From: a virus
Lineage: Duplodnaviria; Heunggongvirae; Uroviricota; Caudoviricetes
DNA length: 4,793 bases
Virus record (IMG/VR): IMGVR_UViG_3300029577_000119
Reading direction: 5' to 3' (one strand)
Made by a program: the position numbers and the translations under genes. The notes beneath the pieces are model-generated. The model was not told the origin of the DNA. It did no database searches and saw nothing but the letters and a program-made list of their open reading frames with translations. Positions 4,582-4,793 of the stretch are shown in pieces (the first letter of the stretch is position 1; each line of letters starts with the position of its first letter).

Positions 4582-4793
4582 TGCTTCAACATCAAATGCA
4601 GCCAACATTTAACACCTGCATGGCTACCTGTGTAGCAATGGTTGCTGGTCAGCCTGTTGACGAGGTGGTTGCTCGCTGGCACCAGGCTTTTCACGACAAA
4701 ACAGACTGGCTGGATGATGCCCTGGATTATTACAAAATCCCTTACTTCTACGGCAGCCAAAGAAAATGTGAACTGCTTTATGGGTTTATTTAT
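4581..4793 (+). CDS. 5' part of a CDS continuing past the window; N-terminus has a papain-like/C39-like cysteine peptidase motif (tentative)
   Basis: ATG 4581 overlaps upstream stop (TGATG 4579-4583) and is preceded by strong SD AAGGGGGAG (4570-4578). Open to the window end: MLQHQMQPTFNTCMATCVAMVAGQPVDEVVARWHQAFHDKTDWLDDALDYYKIPYFYGSQRKCELLYGFIY.. The Q-x6-C-x3-C-x-AM arrangement resembles the Gln (oxyanion) and catalytic Cys signature of C39-type peptidases (Q..C-G-x-A-C-L-x-M). The catalytic His/Asp would lie beyond the window. Confidence 0.6.
   Translation, partial: MLQHQMQPTFNTCMATCVAMVAGQPVDEVVARWHQAFHDKTDWLDDALDYYKIPYFYGSQRKCELLYGFIY

Noticed and set aside
2971-4760. Minus-strand ORFs 2971..3219, 3260..3469, 3276..3476, 3415..3648, 3734..4096, 3838..4098, 4141..4371, 4158..4376, 4404..4760
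   Set aside because: Each is antisense to a + strand ORF that has an RBS and stop/start coupling to neighbours. None has comparable start signals. Considered shadow ORFs.
1-4793. CRISPR repeats, tRNA/rRNA genes, IS element inverted repeats, integrase attachment-site repeats
   Set aside because: I found no regularly spaced direct repeats, cloverleaf-like or rRNA-like sequence, or terminal inverted repeats by eye. The only repetitive sequence is codon-level low complexity inside the 463..1431 CDS.

Overview
All supportable genes lie on the + strand in a tightly packed array with frequent stop/start overlaps. The window reads as part of the early-left (pL-type) operon of a lambdoid/P22-like enterobacterial phage or prophage. 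Recognisable core: a cIII homolog (1455..1586), a kil-like small gene (1571..1723), an Erf-family single-strand annealing protein (1980..2585) and a phage SSB with the acidic DDSIPF tail (2585..2969, interrupted by a 10-N assembly gap). Upstream are an AT-rich small ORF, a 28-bp palindrome, an intrinsic terminator and a 322-aa protein whose central ~175 residues are almost pure E/A/K/R/Q. Downstream of ssb is a translationally coupled block of five unrecognised accessory ORFs (98 aa, 54 aa, 193 aa, 180 aa, and a partial ORF with a cysteine-peptidase-like motif). That block and the E/R/K-rich protein are the most likely places for an undescribed function (anti-defence or host takeover); this is inference from position and architecture, not from any search. 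No rRNA, tRNA, CRISPR array or mobile-element ends were seen. All listed minus-strand ORFs look like shadow ORFs.
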